Below are positions 11,810-22,959 of a stretch of 64,000 nucleotides of DNA, in pieces. Below the pieces are notes generated by a model. It saw nothing but the letters and a program-made list of their open reading frames with translations. It did no database searches and was not told the DNA's origin. The stretch's first letter is position 1. Every line of letters starts with the position of its first letter. A program made the translations under genes and the position numbers. This stretch comes from Laetmonice hystrix (taxonomy: Eukaryota): positions 6,324,001-6,388,000 of the forward strand of contig OZ249449.1 of the NCBI GenBank assembly GCA_965235115.1. Direction: 5' to 3'.

Positions 11810-14800
11810 GCTTTTGTTCTTATTTCAAGATAGATACGCTGAGCCTCAATCGTTAGGATGTACTTGTAGAGTTCAATGACACAGAGTAGGCCCATGCAGG
11901 ATCAGTGACCTTCTTATTGACTCTCAATTACTTCATCCGAGCCCCCTCCCTCCTTCCGAGAGTATTTGTACACGTATAATCCACAAGCCCGACCGCTACA
12001 TGTCCACGACATACCTCTAACTGCACCAGTCGAGGCATGCCACTGTGACCCGAACTGATGGGGAGGGTTGTTCCAGACATCTCACCCCATGACATTCATT
12101 CCAAGATCAGTCTGTGCCCTCTGAAGCCTTTCTCCATGCCACAATGTATCGCCCAGTCCATCCGTGCTGCACTGCGCCAAGTCGAGCAGAGCCGCTGTCA
12201 CAGTTTGCAAGTTCCGCCAGGACAGAACTTCCGTTTTGTGTTTTGTCCATTGGTTTTACTATTTGTTCTGGATTTATTTACCTCCGGACCCGGAATGTCT
12301 ACCAGGGGGGTACTTTGATCACGACACACCAGGCTGTGGATGGGCAGGCCACAGACAGACCCGACCGCTGGGATCACTCTAGACGTAACCTAACAATCTA
12401 ACCGACAGCCCCCATACCTAAATCACAGTCACTCTCTCACACTGCAACCTTTTCTCTCATTCTTTTCCTCTTTTTTAGACAGTCTATTTGTCTTGGCCTG
12501 CCCACTTGTGTCTGCAGCCCATTGGAATGATAATGAGGTGACTAATGAGGAGCTGAGGGTAAACTTTCACTCCAATGTCTCACCGTTAGCTCTTCGATGT
12601 GGCCTGAAGGTGGTGGGCATTCAGAGCATACACCCATTTCTTTAAGAGGATCATATCAAGTGCCCGTTTAAATACAAATAAAGGATTCGTTCAGATTACC
12701 ATCAAGTTAAACACACAAAAGCATGGCTTTTGTGTAGCTATTTTTGAGTTACAAGACTCAAAAAACATAATCAACAGTGTTAGTTTAATGCTTCCTTGAG
12801 TGCCTAGCTTTCTTTTTTGACAGATTTCATGAAAACTTTTCCAAGCAGCACCGTTTCAAAGTTGCCCATGAAAGATTTATCTGCGCAGAGCTAAGAGGTA
12901 CAAACTACACATCAGGCTTGGGGACCTCCGGACACAATAACCCCCCCCCCCCAAAAAAAAAAGAACCCCAAAAAATTCAAGCATTTTCAAAAAGTGTTAT
13001 TTTAAAATTTGTATGGAGTATTTTCAAACAGTTCGAATCCATGTGTGAGAACTGTGACAGTCTAGCTCCGGCCAATCCCTAAATCAGGTCATGAAATGAG
13101 GTCAACATATAGGTATGGATGCTTGTTTATCTCACTTAGCTCGCGGATCTAGGCAGTTGGTCGCCCATAGCAACCCAACCATTCTGGATGGCCACCACCC
13201 CTGTTGCTATGGTTACACCACTGGATACTTATCCTGGTCTGTTAATCCTGAGATTATCTTGTACAACACTTCACAATCCATGAATGCTCTCAGACAAAAA
13301 TAATTCGTCCCCGACAAAAAGTCAGGGCTCCCTTTAAATCTTCCTTTAATTGTCTTTTAATTTCTTTCACGCCTTCTTTATGTATTCCCAACAAACATCA
13401 ACGTCATTTCTATCACTGTTCCACATCTGGTAATTTTACATTACTTTTTCGTTGTTTTTTTAAATGATTTCTCAAGCCCGTAACAAATATTTAAAACTAC
13501 TGCAATGTTCTTGAAACCTGACTTCCTATCTATAAACTTGACAACTAGAACTAGCAAATTCACACTGGAAACCCGGAACAATTTGGATAAAAACATTTGG
13601 TAAATTCTGCGGCTCCAGTTGCTGCCATGTTTGAGTCATTCTTTCCTGTGAAACCGGCACCAGTTTTTACTTCATTCTGTGCCGAACCAATTCAGTTAAT
13701 GAAATCGTTGACGGTTGACAATTTAATTCTCCCCACTGACCCGGGACCGTATCAGGTATCTGTGACAGCACAACACCGACCAGGTATGGAGGGTAAATAC
13801 CCCGCCCCCGGGTCCGCGCCAATGACCCGACTAATAGCCCCCTTCTTCCCGCATTACCCCCTGATTACACACCAAACACACCTGTAATCCACCACCCTAC
13901 CCACCTGTAAATTACCCCCCGTCCGCCCCTATCGTAGCGGAGGTAAATACTCTATAACAGTTACCTGAACTCAGCCTCGGGACACGGAGCGACCAGCACA
14001 CACCGGCTCACATACTAACGATTGAGGCATTACTTGCTGCATGTCGGTTTATTTTCCAGGTGCTCCAGTTTCTCTATCCTTGTTTACCAAGCACGCCTAC
14101 CGGTGAAGCATCAGAATTCCCTGAGCTGATCATTTACTGGGCATTCCCCCTGCGCTAGCTTTCCCCCTCTCTCCCATTCTTCATTCACTATGCTGATACA
14201 ACCACCACTACTCACTCACTCCCCAACACCATCGGACTTCTGACTCTTTTACAGTTCAGGCTCGTCGATAGCCCGGTTGGGCTGACAGGATTGAGTGTGT
14301 TTTAATGATATTCCCGTTGGGGCCCTGGATAACATAGGTTCCTTTAATTTCATGGTCTTTTAACCCTGTTTTCGTCGTGAAGATGGCCCCGGATGCCGAC
14401 ACGGCGGAAACCCACCACTACTCACTCACTCACTCCCCAACACCATCATGCCAGCCTACTGAAGGAGGTACGAGGTTTGTTGTCGGCGATCTCTCTCAGT
14501 GCCTCCCCCTGGTGACAGACAATGCTAACCACAAGGTCATTACCCCCTACTTCTGCCACTTGACCCTTGACCTCTCTGACCTCTGACCCCAGGGTGGAGA
14601 CCCACCAGGTACATGCAGGTATATCGATTATAGATACCCCCACGATATCACACACAGGACATGCCATCGTCCACCACTCCGGCCTTATCTCCGTTTTTCT
14701 CTCCTTGTCAATTATAGTTATTTTCCTGGAATGTCAAAGTTTGGAAAGAAATGGAATAATAGGTCCCTGGTTTTGGCTGGGAACATTTTGCCGGATTGTC

Positions 14801-15133
14801 ACTTAGATCTGCCCATATGACATATGTCACTCAGAATCTCAGCCCGGGAGGCGGACGCTTCAAGACTAGACTCACAGGATAACAATTGAGACTCCGAAGT
14901 CAGAAAATACATTTCATCAAATTTGCAAAGAACGAAGTTTAGATAAAACAAAATATTTTTCCCAGACAAACACTATATGCCTTGTCTCTAGATGACTTCC
15001 CTGTTCCTAATCATGGGCAATTTGGTATAAATTCTTCCCTGTCACAAATGCCAACCACTACAATTATAAAACCGCTATGTTTTTTTTCCCCTCGTGGGCC
15101 CGCAGAATTCCGCGGCTCAAGTCTGTACCCTCC

Positions 15134-15358
15134 TGTTTCTCAATCTTTTGTTAATTGTTTAACTCCTTTCTGACGTTACTTCATCCCAATGTTTCTCAAT
15201 CTTTTGTTAATTGTTTAACTCCTTTCTGACGTTACTTCATCCCAATGTTTCTCAATCTTTTGTTAATTGTTTTAACTCCTTTCTGACGTTACTTCATCCC
15301 AATGTTTCTCAATCTTTTGTTAATTGTTTAACTCCTTTCTGAAGTTACTTCATCCCAA
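15134..15358. repeat. Tandem repeat, 56-bp unit x4
   Basis: TGTTTCTCAATCTTTTGTTAATTGTTTAACTCCTTTCTGACGTTACTTCATCCCAA starts at 15134, 15190, 15246 and 15303. Confidence 0.97.
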
Positions 15359-16079
15359 CTCGAAGAGAATATGAACATCTTACTGTCTTGTTGGACAGAG
15401 ATTCACTGAGATATCTGCGCCGATAATTCTCATATAACAGAGAATGTTTTCAATTGAATACATACTGTATTTATTTGATTTCTATGGGTCACAGAACAAA
15501 ATGTCTAACAGATGATACTCCCATATCCTGTCAAACAGAAACAATTGTTTCCAGATCTGAATAATATAATTCAACACTCCATTATAAGATAAATGAAACT
15601 TCAAACTTCGTTCCTGTGCTGTTCCTAATTATTGCTATTGAAATCAGCTGATTGTCAAAACTCCCACCTCAGTTCCTTCTCTGTGGGTGTACCAATGATT
15701 GTTTGAGGTTGCCGGTTATCCAGCTGTGTTTTACATAAACAAAACCAAAACAATAAAAAAACACACGATTTTCTCCACCCCCCTGATCAAAACCACTAAA
15801 GTGTACCAAGTCGACACCCAGGCTACTTTTTATATGATCATTACTAAAATTATCCTGCACTGGGACAGAAAGGACCAATTTTTCCATATCGGTATAATGA
15901 TGTTGCTTTTCAGATCATGCTTTTTCTTGTCATCCGAACAACCTCGTGGTGCCAGGCAACTGTTCCACTGTCTTCATGAAACCTGACTCATGAAACCTGA
16001 AACAGCTGGAACACATCAACAACAAAGCGATGTTGGGATGGGCCACGATCATAGGCTGTCGCATATACTGAGGGTGGTA

Positions 16080-16126
16080 CCGGTGTCCCCAGAAAACCAC
16101 CGACATACAGCAAGTGACTGAGAAAC
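16080..16126 (-). mobile_element. Degenerate SINE central-domain fragment (V/Meta-type)
   Basis: CCGGTGTCCCCAGAAAACCACCGACATACAGCAAGTGACTGAGAAAC resembles the reverse complement of the GGTGGTTTTCTCCGGGTACTCCGG core that I recall from invertebrate tRNA-derived SINEs. A related fragment lies at 63017-63082. Confidence 0.55.
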
Positions 16127-16390
16127 AATGTGAGCAACCGAGTAAAATCTATGTCTTTTTGTTTGGGTGTGGCTTGGGAGGCTTTAAAAAAACTTTAAAT
16201 CTTTCAAGCCCAGTGCATGGTGAGCCCCCAGGTCACCACATCTCCAGGCCGAGAACACCTCCCCCGTCTACTCCTCCAGTAAGACGCTGGGTTTGATATC
16301 AACACATTTATGTTATTTATTCGCTGAGGGTAACAATGCAGCCTCTGCCCTTTGACCTGGCATACCATAGCTATCTGCCGACGCCACTGG

Positions 16391-16429
16391 TGACGTCACG
16401 TGACGTCATGGAGACGGTAGGGGGCGCTA
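16391..16429. promoter_or_regulatory. Double CRE / E-box palindrome with an adjacent CTCF-like motif
   Basis: Perfect 18-bp palindrome TGACGTCACGTGACGTCA (16391-16408) followed by CGGTAGGGGGCGCTA (16415-16429). Motif match only. Confidence 0.4.
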
Positions 16430-17280
16430 CCATGAGGCGGGGCAGTAGGGGGGAGGGTTGTCATAACAGGCGGCTAACAGCGGTCAAAGTCCTAAAGTTG
16501 TTTTGTATCAGGTCAGAACGTTGGATACAGATAGGTAAATACTATAAACCGCCTCGTCGGCCTGGTACAAAACCAAAAACAAACACAATCGGCTAAAACT
16601 CGATGTTTTGGAATCAGTAACGTTATCTTAAAACTGGAAGTCGTCTGCCGTGACGTCACGCGCGGAGGAATCTACATAAAATCACTCATGCGTTCAAATG
16701 TATGTTTTGGCGTCTGACTGCGCTCGGACGACACGCCCACGTGGTCCTATGCTAACTACATCAAACGGTAATACCATAACAATGACCTATACTATCGGGA
16801 ATTGTCACACTCTCACCATCCCTCTGGCCCGATAAATCAGGCAAAATAAATCCAGCCATCAAACTGAACTTGATCAGAAATAATGCTAATTTAGGACTGT
16901 GCCAATAATAAGACAGTGCCTGACTTTGGGAGTGTCTGCCAAATTATTTTTCTGCTCTCTGCCAGTCAAATAGATCAAATTATACCCCCTCCCAGCACCC
17001 CACCCAGCGATCTTTGCTATGAGTGAGTCACACACACATATATAACCACTTGTCGGTCGTAACAAAAACAAAACATTTAACGCACCCTGGGGTGACACCC
17101 CCACCCCCTCCTAGAGGGGGTGAGGAGTATGGGAGGGAATTAAAAAGAAATAGAATTGTAGATAAATTTAGATGAGGGAATTAAAGCGAAGTCTGTAGTG
17201 TTAACGGTTGGTGTGTGACGATTGTACAAAGTTCAACATTCCACGTCTGTGTCCGTCTGTCTGTACGTCTGGCGGTAATA

Positions 17281-17350
17281 ACTCGTGACGCTCTCAACAG
17301 GGGGCGCTGCTCAGATGGCTTCACGTCATCTGCCGCTGCTCCATTGGCTG
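17281..17350. promoter_or_regulatory. Promoter/insulator-like motif cluster
   Basis: TCAACAGGGGGCGCTG (CTCF-like, 17294-17309), TCACGTCA (CRE-like) and ATTGG (reverse CCAAT) within 70 bp. Confidence 0.35.
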
Positions 17351-18267
17351 AGTGAGTTGATTGAATTCTACTTTCGGCTGACTGGAGCACGATGGCTGGA
17401 CTGGTATCGAGAGGACTGGCAAGGGTTCCCTTACATAGACACAGTGTTACACCGTTGACCTTTGATAACCCAGTCACGGTATCTTTTGTAGACTTGTCCG
17501 TCTTGAGGATATCTTGAAACAATTTACGGGAGTTCGGATCGGAGGAGGCATGCGAAATGGACCAGAGAAAGGCTGAAAGAGGTTGCAGGGGCAATCATAG
17601 ATTTGTTACCTGTCTAAGAAAATTGGTTTGGGGATTGTCTCCCAAATCCTTCTTCCGTTAAAGTCCGTTAGCAGATCTTTGACTGCAATCATGCGCCGGA
17701 GCACCTTCTAAAGGGATACTTCATCAAATACAAAGAACGGTTTGTTTTTTTTAGTAAGCAGCCAAGCGTATTTCCCTCCTGTTGATTTCGCATTCCTCCT
17801 CTCAAGTTATTTCTAACCCAACCCTCTCGGATGGAACCAACCCCTGTCACTTGTCCTAACTCAGGTTCCAGGTTCTGCCGCCAGGCGTCACCACCGTCAG
17901 GTCAAAACTCCACCACGACATAAAAAAATTGTCTTGAGAAACTGATACGTCTCCTAAAGCCCTTTGTTTACGTCAAAACCTGTCACATAATATCATCCCT
18001 GTAAATGACACAAAATAAACATCCTCCCCCCCCCCCCCCATCCCGCCAGGTGAACGCTCACGATAACGTAAAGAGGACAGGCTGTCGTTATCAAACGCTG
18101 GTGAAGATGAACCCGACGTGTTGGGAGTACCCGGCATGCCATGCGCGCCGCTCGCGTCAAACCGTCCTCCGTGAATGTAAACCAGCATCATCTTACAGCA
18201 GCCAGGAATTCACAACCTGACATTGGGGGTCGACATGCATGCACGCTGGAACTCAATCCTCCAGTCT

Positions 18268-18546
18268 GGCTGACTGGTCACATTCTGGCATGTCGAGAAC
18301 AAAGGGCTGACTGGTCACATTCTGGCATGTCGAGAACACAGGCTGACTGGTCACATTCTGGCATGTCGAGAACACAGGCTGACTGGTCACATTCTGGCAT
18401 GTCGAGAACACAGGCTGACTGGTCACATTCTGGCATGTCGAGAACAAAAGGCTGACTGGTAACATTCTGGCATGTCGAGAACAAAAGGCTGACTGGTCAC
18501 ATTCTGGCATATCGAGAACAAAAGGCTGACTGGCCACATTCTGGCA
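18268..18546. repeat. Minisatellite, 36/37-bp unit x~7.5
   Basis: Unit GGCTGACTGGTCACATTCTGGCATGTCGAGAACA(CA/AAA). Confidence 0.97.
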
Positions 18547-19239
18547 GGTAGAAAACAAAAGGAGGTCCACACCAAAACTAAACCTTGTAAAACTGTAGGT
18601 ATTACTTCCGGTCAGAAACTGACTCCTTCCGCTAAGGATAATAATAGAGCCTGGACACCAGCAAACATTTCGTTCACGAAAATAGGGCCACAATGCTATT
18701 TATTAAATCTCTAAATTATGGTTTCACATTTGTAAACATTTTAGTCAAGCAATTCGGCCCAATATCCAATTCCATTGCCGTCCAGGTGCCATTAAAAACC
18801 TTACTTTGGTTGGCTTACCTGAGACATTTATTCCAACCGATGTAATGACCTGTAGCTCGCTCATAAACCTCGACATGTTACTGACAATAGCTGACGAAAA
18901 ACAAAAGGAAAAGTTTGCCCACACAGGGAACCACTGATGTGTCCACCAGGGTGAAGACGAGGCTGTCAGATGGGTCCTCTGCCCTCTGACACCACGTGTC
19001 TATCTCCATGACAACGGGTCATAAATCACCCGCGTCCTGTCACCTGTGCGGGTTCCAGATTGGTGGCCCTACCCCCTACCCCACCCCGACCCCCTACCCT
19101 CCTGGGGGCAGTCACTGGAGGCACCCCCACACATCATGTCACCCTGATATGTGGCGACATTAGGATGTTTGACAGGGGTTCACAAGGTTTTCGAAGATGA
19201 CTTTGAGTAGAAATGTGGCATAGTTTTATAGCAAACTTA

Positions 19240-19646
19240 GTTTCCATGGCAATCGCTACAGAACAGTATCATCCCGAATTCGCATTCTGTGCAGCAATCC
19301 CAAATCCTGTTTCCATGGCAACCATTCTTAGTAAAGTCCTGTTTTCAGGATGTGGACACTATGACAATTATAAGGTGCAAACCTAACCCTGTTTCCATGG
19401 CAACCGTTCAGAAAAATCCTGTTTCCGTGATGTCTTTACTTTCAGAGACACTTTTAATGCTATGCTTATTGCAAAACACTATTACATTTATAAGGTGCAA
19501 ACCTAAATATGTTTCTATGGTAACCGAACGGCGCAACTGTTTCCATGGTAGTTATCGAACACAACAAAGCGTCACATCACACGCTATATCCATGGTAGAA
19601 ACTTTATTCATTATACCCTCACCCCAAACCCTGTTGCCATGGTAAC
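19240..19646. promoter_or_regulatory. Cluster of RFX X-box-like palindromes in a degenerate tandem repeat
   Basis: GTTTCCATGGCAAT 19240, GTTTCCATGGCAAC 19309 and 19391, GTTTCTATGGTAAC 19511, GTTTCCATGGTAGT 19539, GTTGCCATGGTAAC 19633. The flank TAAGGTGCAAACCTAA repeats at 19371 and 19491. Confidence 0.45.
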
Positions 19647-20639
19647 CATCCAGTACTAGACAGAACCCTGTATCCACCCTGGCCGCCATACCCTGTATAG
19701 ACCGGTCATGTCACAACATTACCCTGGTCTGTCTCCATCCAACATGACACGGCCCACCAGAGAGGTGGTGAGTTTATAACACTGACATTACAGCTAGCGG
19801 TGGGAGTGTGACTCGAGGTAAACCGGGACAAGAAAAAACTTCAACCCTCTCGCTCAGTACATCCCTCATGGTAACATGGCAAGTTTCGTGGTCAGAAGTC
19901 AGATTCTGTCATTATTCCCAGCCCCTAACCTAATCCTTCCCCCTACCCCTGGTCCACAGACAATGAAAATTCTCATTCTTACCCCAATTTCTTGGGGGAA
20001 GGGGGTACGTTACCCCAGGGAATAACTCCCCTCCATCCCCTTTATAATTATATTCCAACCTTCATGTCAATCTTTTTCTTCTCTCGCATAAGCCTCAGTG
20101 CATAATCATGACAAATTTCTAGATTACTGCGTACCATTTTTCATGGCACTTGAAAAACACTACAGCGAGATAGTTTAGTGACACCTTACTTTTTGTTGTC
20201 TTTTTTTAAGCCGCTGGAATGTGATTTACAGCGCCGACGCCCCGTAGTTGATGTACGATGATGTATCCTACCAACCTGTTATAGTGTAGGGTGTCTGGGT
20301 GAGTGGTGGGAAGTGTTCAGTATCCTTGGGTTCCTCCAGGCTCAGCTCAAGGCTGAGGATTGGTGATTGCTCTGTGGGTGTCAGTATAAAGTAAGCCTCC
20401 TCGGTCCCTTGTTCTCAGTGAGAGTAGGTTCACTTGGCTCCATGTGGGAACTGTGACACTCCCTCTGTGACCGACAGTGTGACCGACAGTGTGACAGGTC
20501 TACAGCAAGCGTCCCTGTCACAAAGTTTCTGCCGTCCTCCCGCGCCGTCGTCACTGACTGACTGACTGAGTTCGACCACAGCGCCACCTCCTGGCCGCTC
20601 CACGCACTATAACCAGACCGTTTCTCTGGGGTACGCCCG

Positions 20640-20785
20640 GGTCCCTGCGTGTTGCGGGTACAGGAGGGGGAGGCTAAGACGCCGGCCAGGGTCTGGTCTG
20701 GTCTGGGGTCGCCCAGGTCCCTGTGTGTTGCGGGTACAGGCGGGGGAGGCTGAGACGCCGGCCAGGGTCTGGTCTGGTCTGAGGG
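20640..20785. repeat. Tandem duplication, 76-bp x2
   Basis: GTCCCTG(C/T)GTGTTGCGGGTACAGG...GGTCTGGTCTG at 20641 and 20717. Confidence 0.93.
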
Positions 20786-22805
20786 GTGTCAGCAGCAGTA
20801 CCCGGCGGCGTCCACTGCTGAGGAGATGAACAAGTGGGGAGTGAGTCCCTCAGAGGGTTATTGCCCCATGGTAAAATTCCCACCGAAATGAGGGGGTGCT
20901 AGGAAGAGGGAAAAGTTTTTAGGGACGTTTTAGGACAAAGGGCAGGGTTGGATTTAGGGCGAGTATCAGTGATAGATTTTTTAGTTTTTAATCAGTAAAT
21001 TTTGTGAAGATGTTGTCATGGGGACCTAGCCCTCGGATAGATGAGAAACGCTGAGAGAGGCGAGAGACGCTGATGGCGGGAGAGAGAGGGCGGCCAGGCA
21101 CTGAACGGTCGGGCAGCACATCCCTGTCCTGACCCCCACCAACCCCCAACCCGGCCGCCCATATACTCACACCCTACTTATTTAAAACTTACCGTTACAA
21201 CCCCCCAACCCCCATACCACAGCCAACCCCCATCCTCTGATACAACCCCAGGGACTCCCCTGTAACCATAGCAACCACTGAGGATGATGATGGGGAAACC
21301 TGAGCAGACCTCCTCGGCTATGATAAGTGTAACGGGACAATATTGAGGCCATCGGGAGGGGGACATAAAAGTCACCGGGCAGAAAGTTTGAGCGACACCC
21401 AGGGAGATTGGGGATAGACCTGGTCAGACACTCCCATACAACACTACAGGTTCTAGGGCTAGGATAAGGCCACCTCAGAGTCTGGAGTACTAGAGTTCAT
21501 CTTCACGAAAGAAGAAAGAGATGCACAACGGCTTGTAACAATCTCAGTTTAGGACTTAGCGTCTCTCTCTCTCTGATATATTTAAACTTTCCTTTTCACA
21601 GAATATTTCTCACAAAGTCGGTATGGCGATCAGTAAACATCTCTTTTCACATCTCTTGTCATTTCCCGCCATCTCACCCTTTAGACCTCTCTACAACCTA
21701 TACCTTCATCCTGGCTATGTTACCCCGACGGGTATTACTCTCACAAAAACCCCTACAACCAATACCCCACCCCGGGTGACAATACTACAACCCCCCCTCC
21801 CCTCTTGACAATACCTAGGACAGAGCTTTCCCACCCCACCCCCAGATAAGCCGTGACTTATGTAACACAGCACGGGGTATTTACCCTCCCCCCTAGTGAG
21901 GGGGTGGTAATCCCAGGGGGTATGCGCTATACCCCTGGGATCGGGCACAGTCGGGTTGTTTGGTCACTGAGCCATTCAACTCCCGTTTCCATCCGTTCCG
22001 GATGCGGGCTGGAAGATTCCGTATTGTGTAGATCATGAATGTGATTCGTACACTTGTTAACAAGTTGAGGAGGTTTGAGTTACGGATTACTAGGTTACGG
22101 TGGTGGTCGGTGGTTCTGGTGGTGGTCCTGGGTGGTACCAGCCCCTTACGTCCCCCCCCCCCCCCCCACGTTACAGTATCTTTGGTAGACTCTGTAATAT
22201 TACATCTAACGGCCTCTTCTCTATCTCGGCTCCTACCGGAGGACAAACAATTATAGGTCACAATGTTGACATCCTTTCAACAAGATGGAAGCACCGATTT
22301 CAGTCACCAAACTGTCTCATGGCCTTTCATTGGTTGGTCGATAGGAGCTGACCAATCAGAATCCTTAAGACATAAGATTGAGCAGATTTCACGAACTGAA
22401 GATCGGGCCTTGGTCCCGGTAATGGTAGCTCTGTGAGTTTTCATCACTAGATGGCGTTTATCGCTGCCTGACGTTCATTGAGCACATCTCTCCCTGCCCT
22501 CATCCTCTTACTCCTACAGGAAGAAACAACATTCATTCCAGACTCTCCAGCCTAGATAACGACACTCCTATCTTTACTACTCACGCTTGAGTTTCAGAAA
22601 TATAGGCCTTTCGAAATTTATATTGCTGCTGAGTTCTCTACTTTTATTGGTGTGTGCAACGTTTCTATACAGAAAAAGAAGCGTGGAATTAAACCAAAAC
22701 TTTCGCTAGAATAGCGCAAGATTCGAGTGGGTTTAATTCAAGGGTTGCATGAAGGTTGAGCTGGTTATAATCTATCATTTCTCCAATGACACATGCTCGT
22801 AAAAA

Positions 22806-22959
22806 NNNNNNNNNNNNNNNNNNNNNNNNNNNNNNNNNNNNNNNNNNNNNNNNNNNNNNNNNNNNNNNNNNNNNNNNNNNNNNNNNNNNNNNNNNNNNNN
22901 NNNNNNNNNNNNNNNNNNNNNNNNNNNNNNNNNNNNNNNNNNNNNNNNNNNNNNNNNNC
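22806..22959. other. Assembly gap (N run)
   Basis: 154 N. Confidence 1.
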
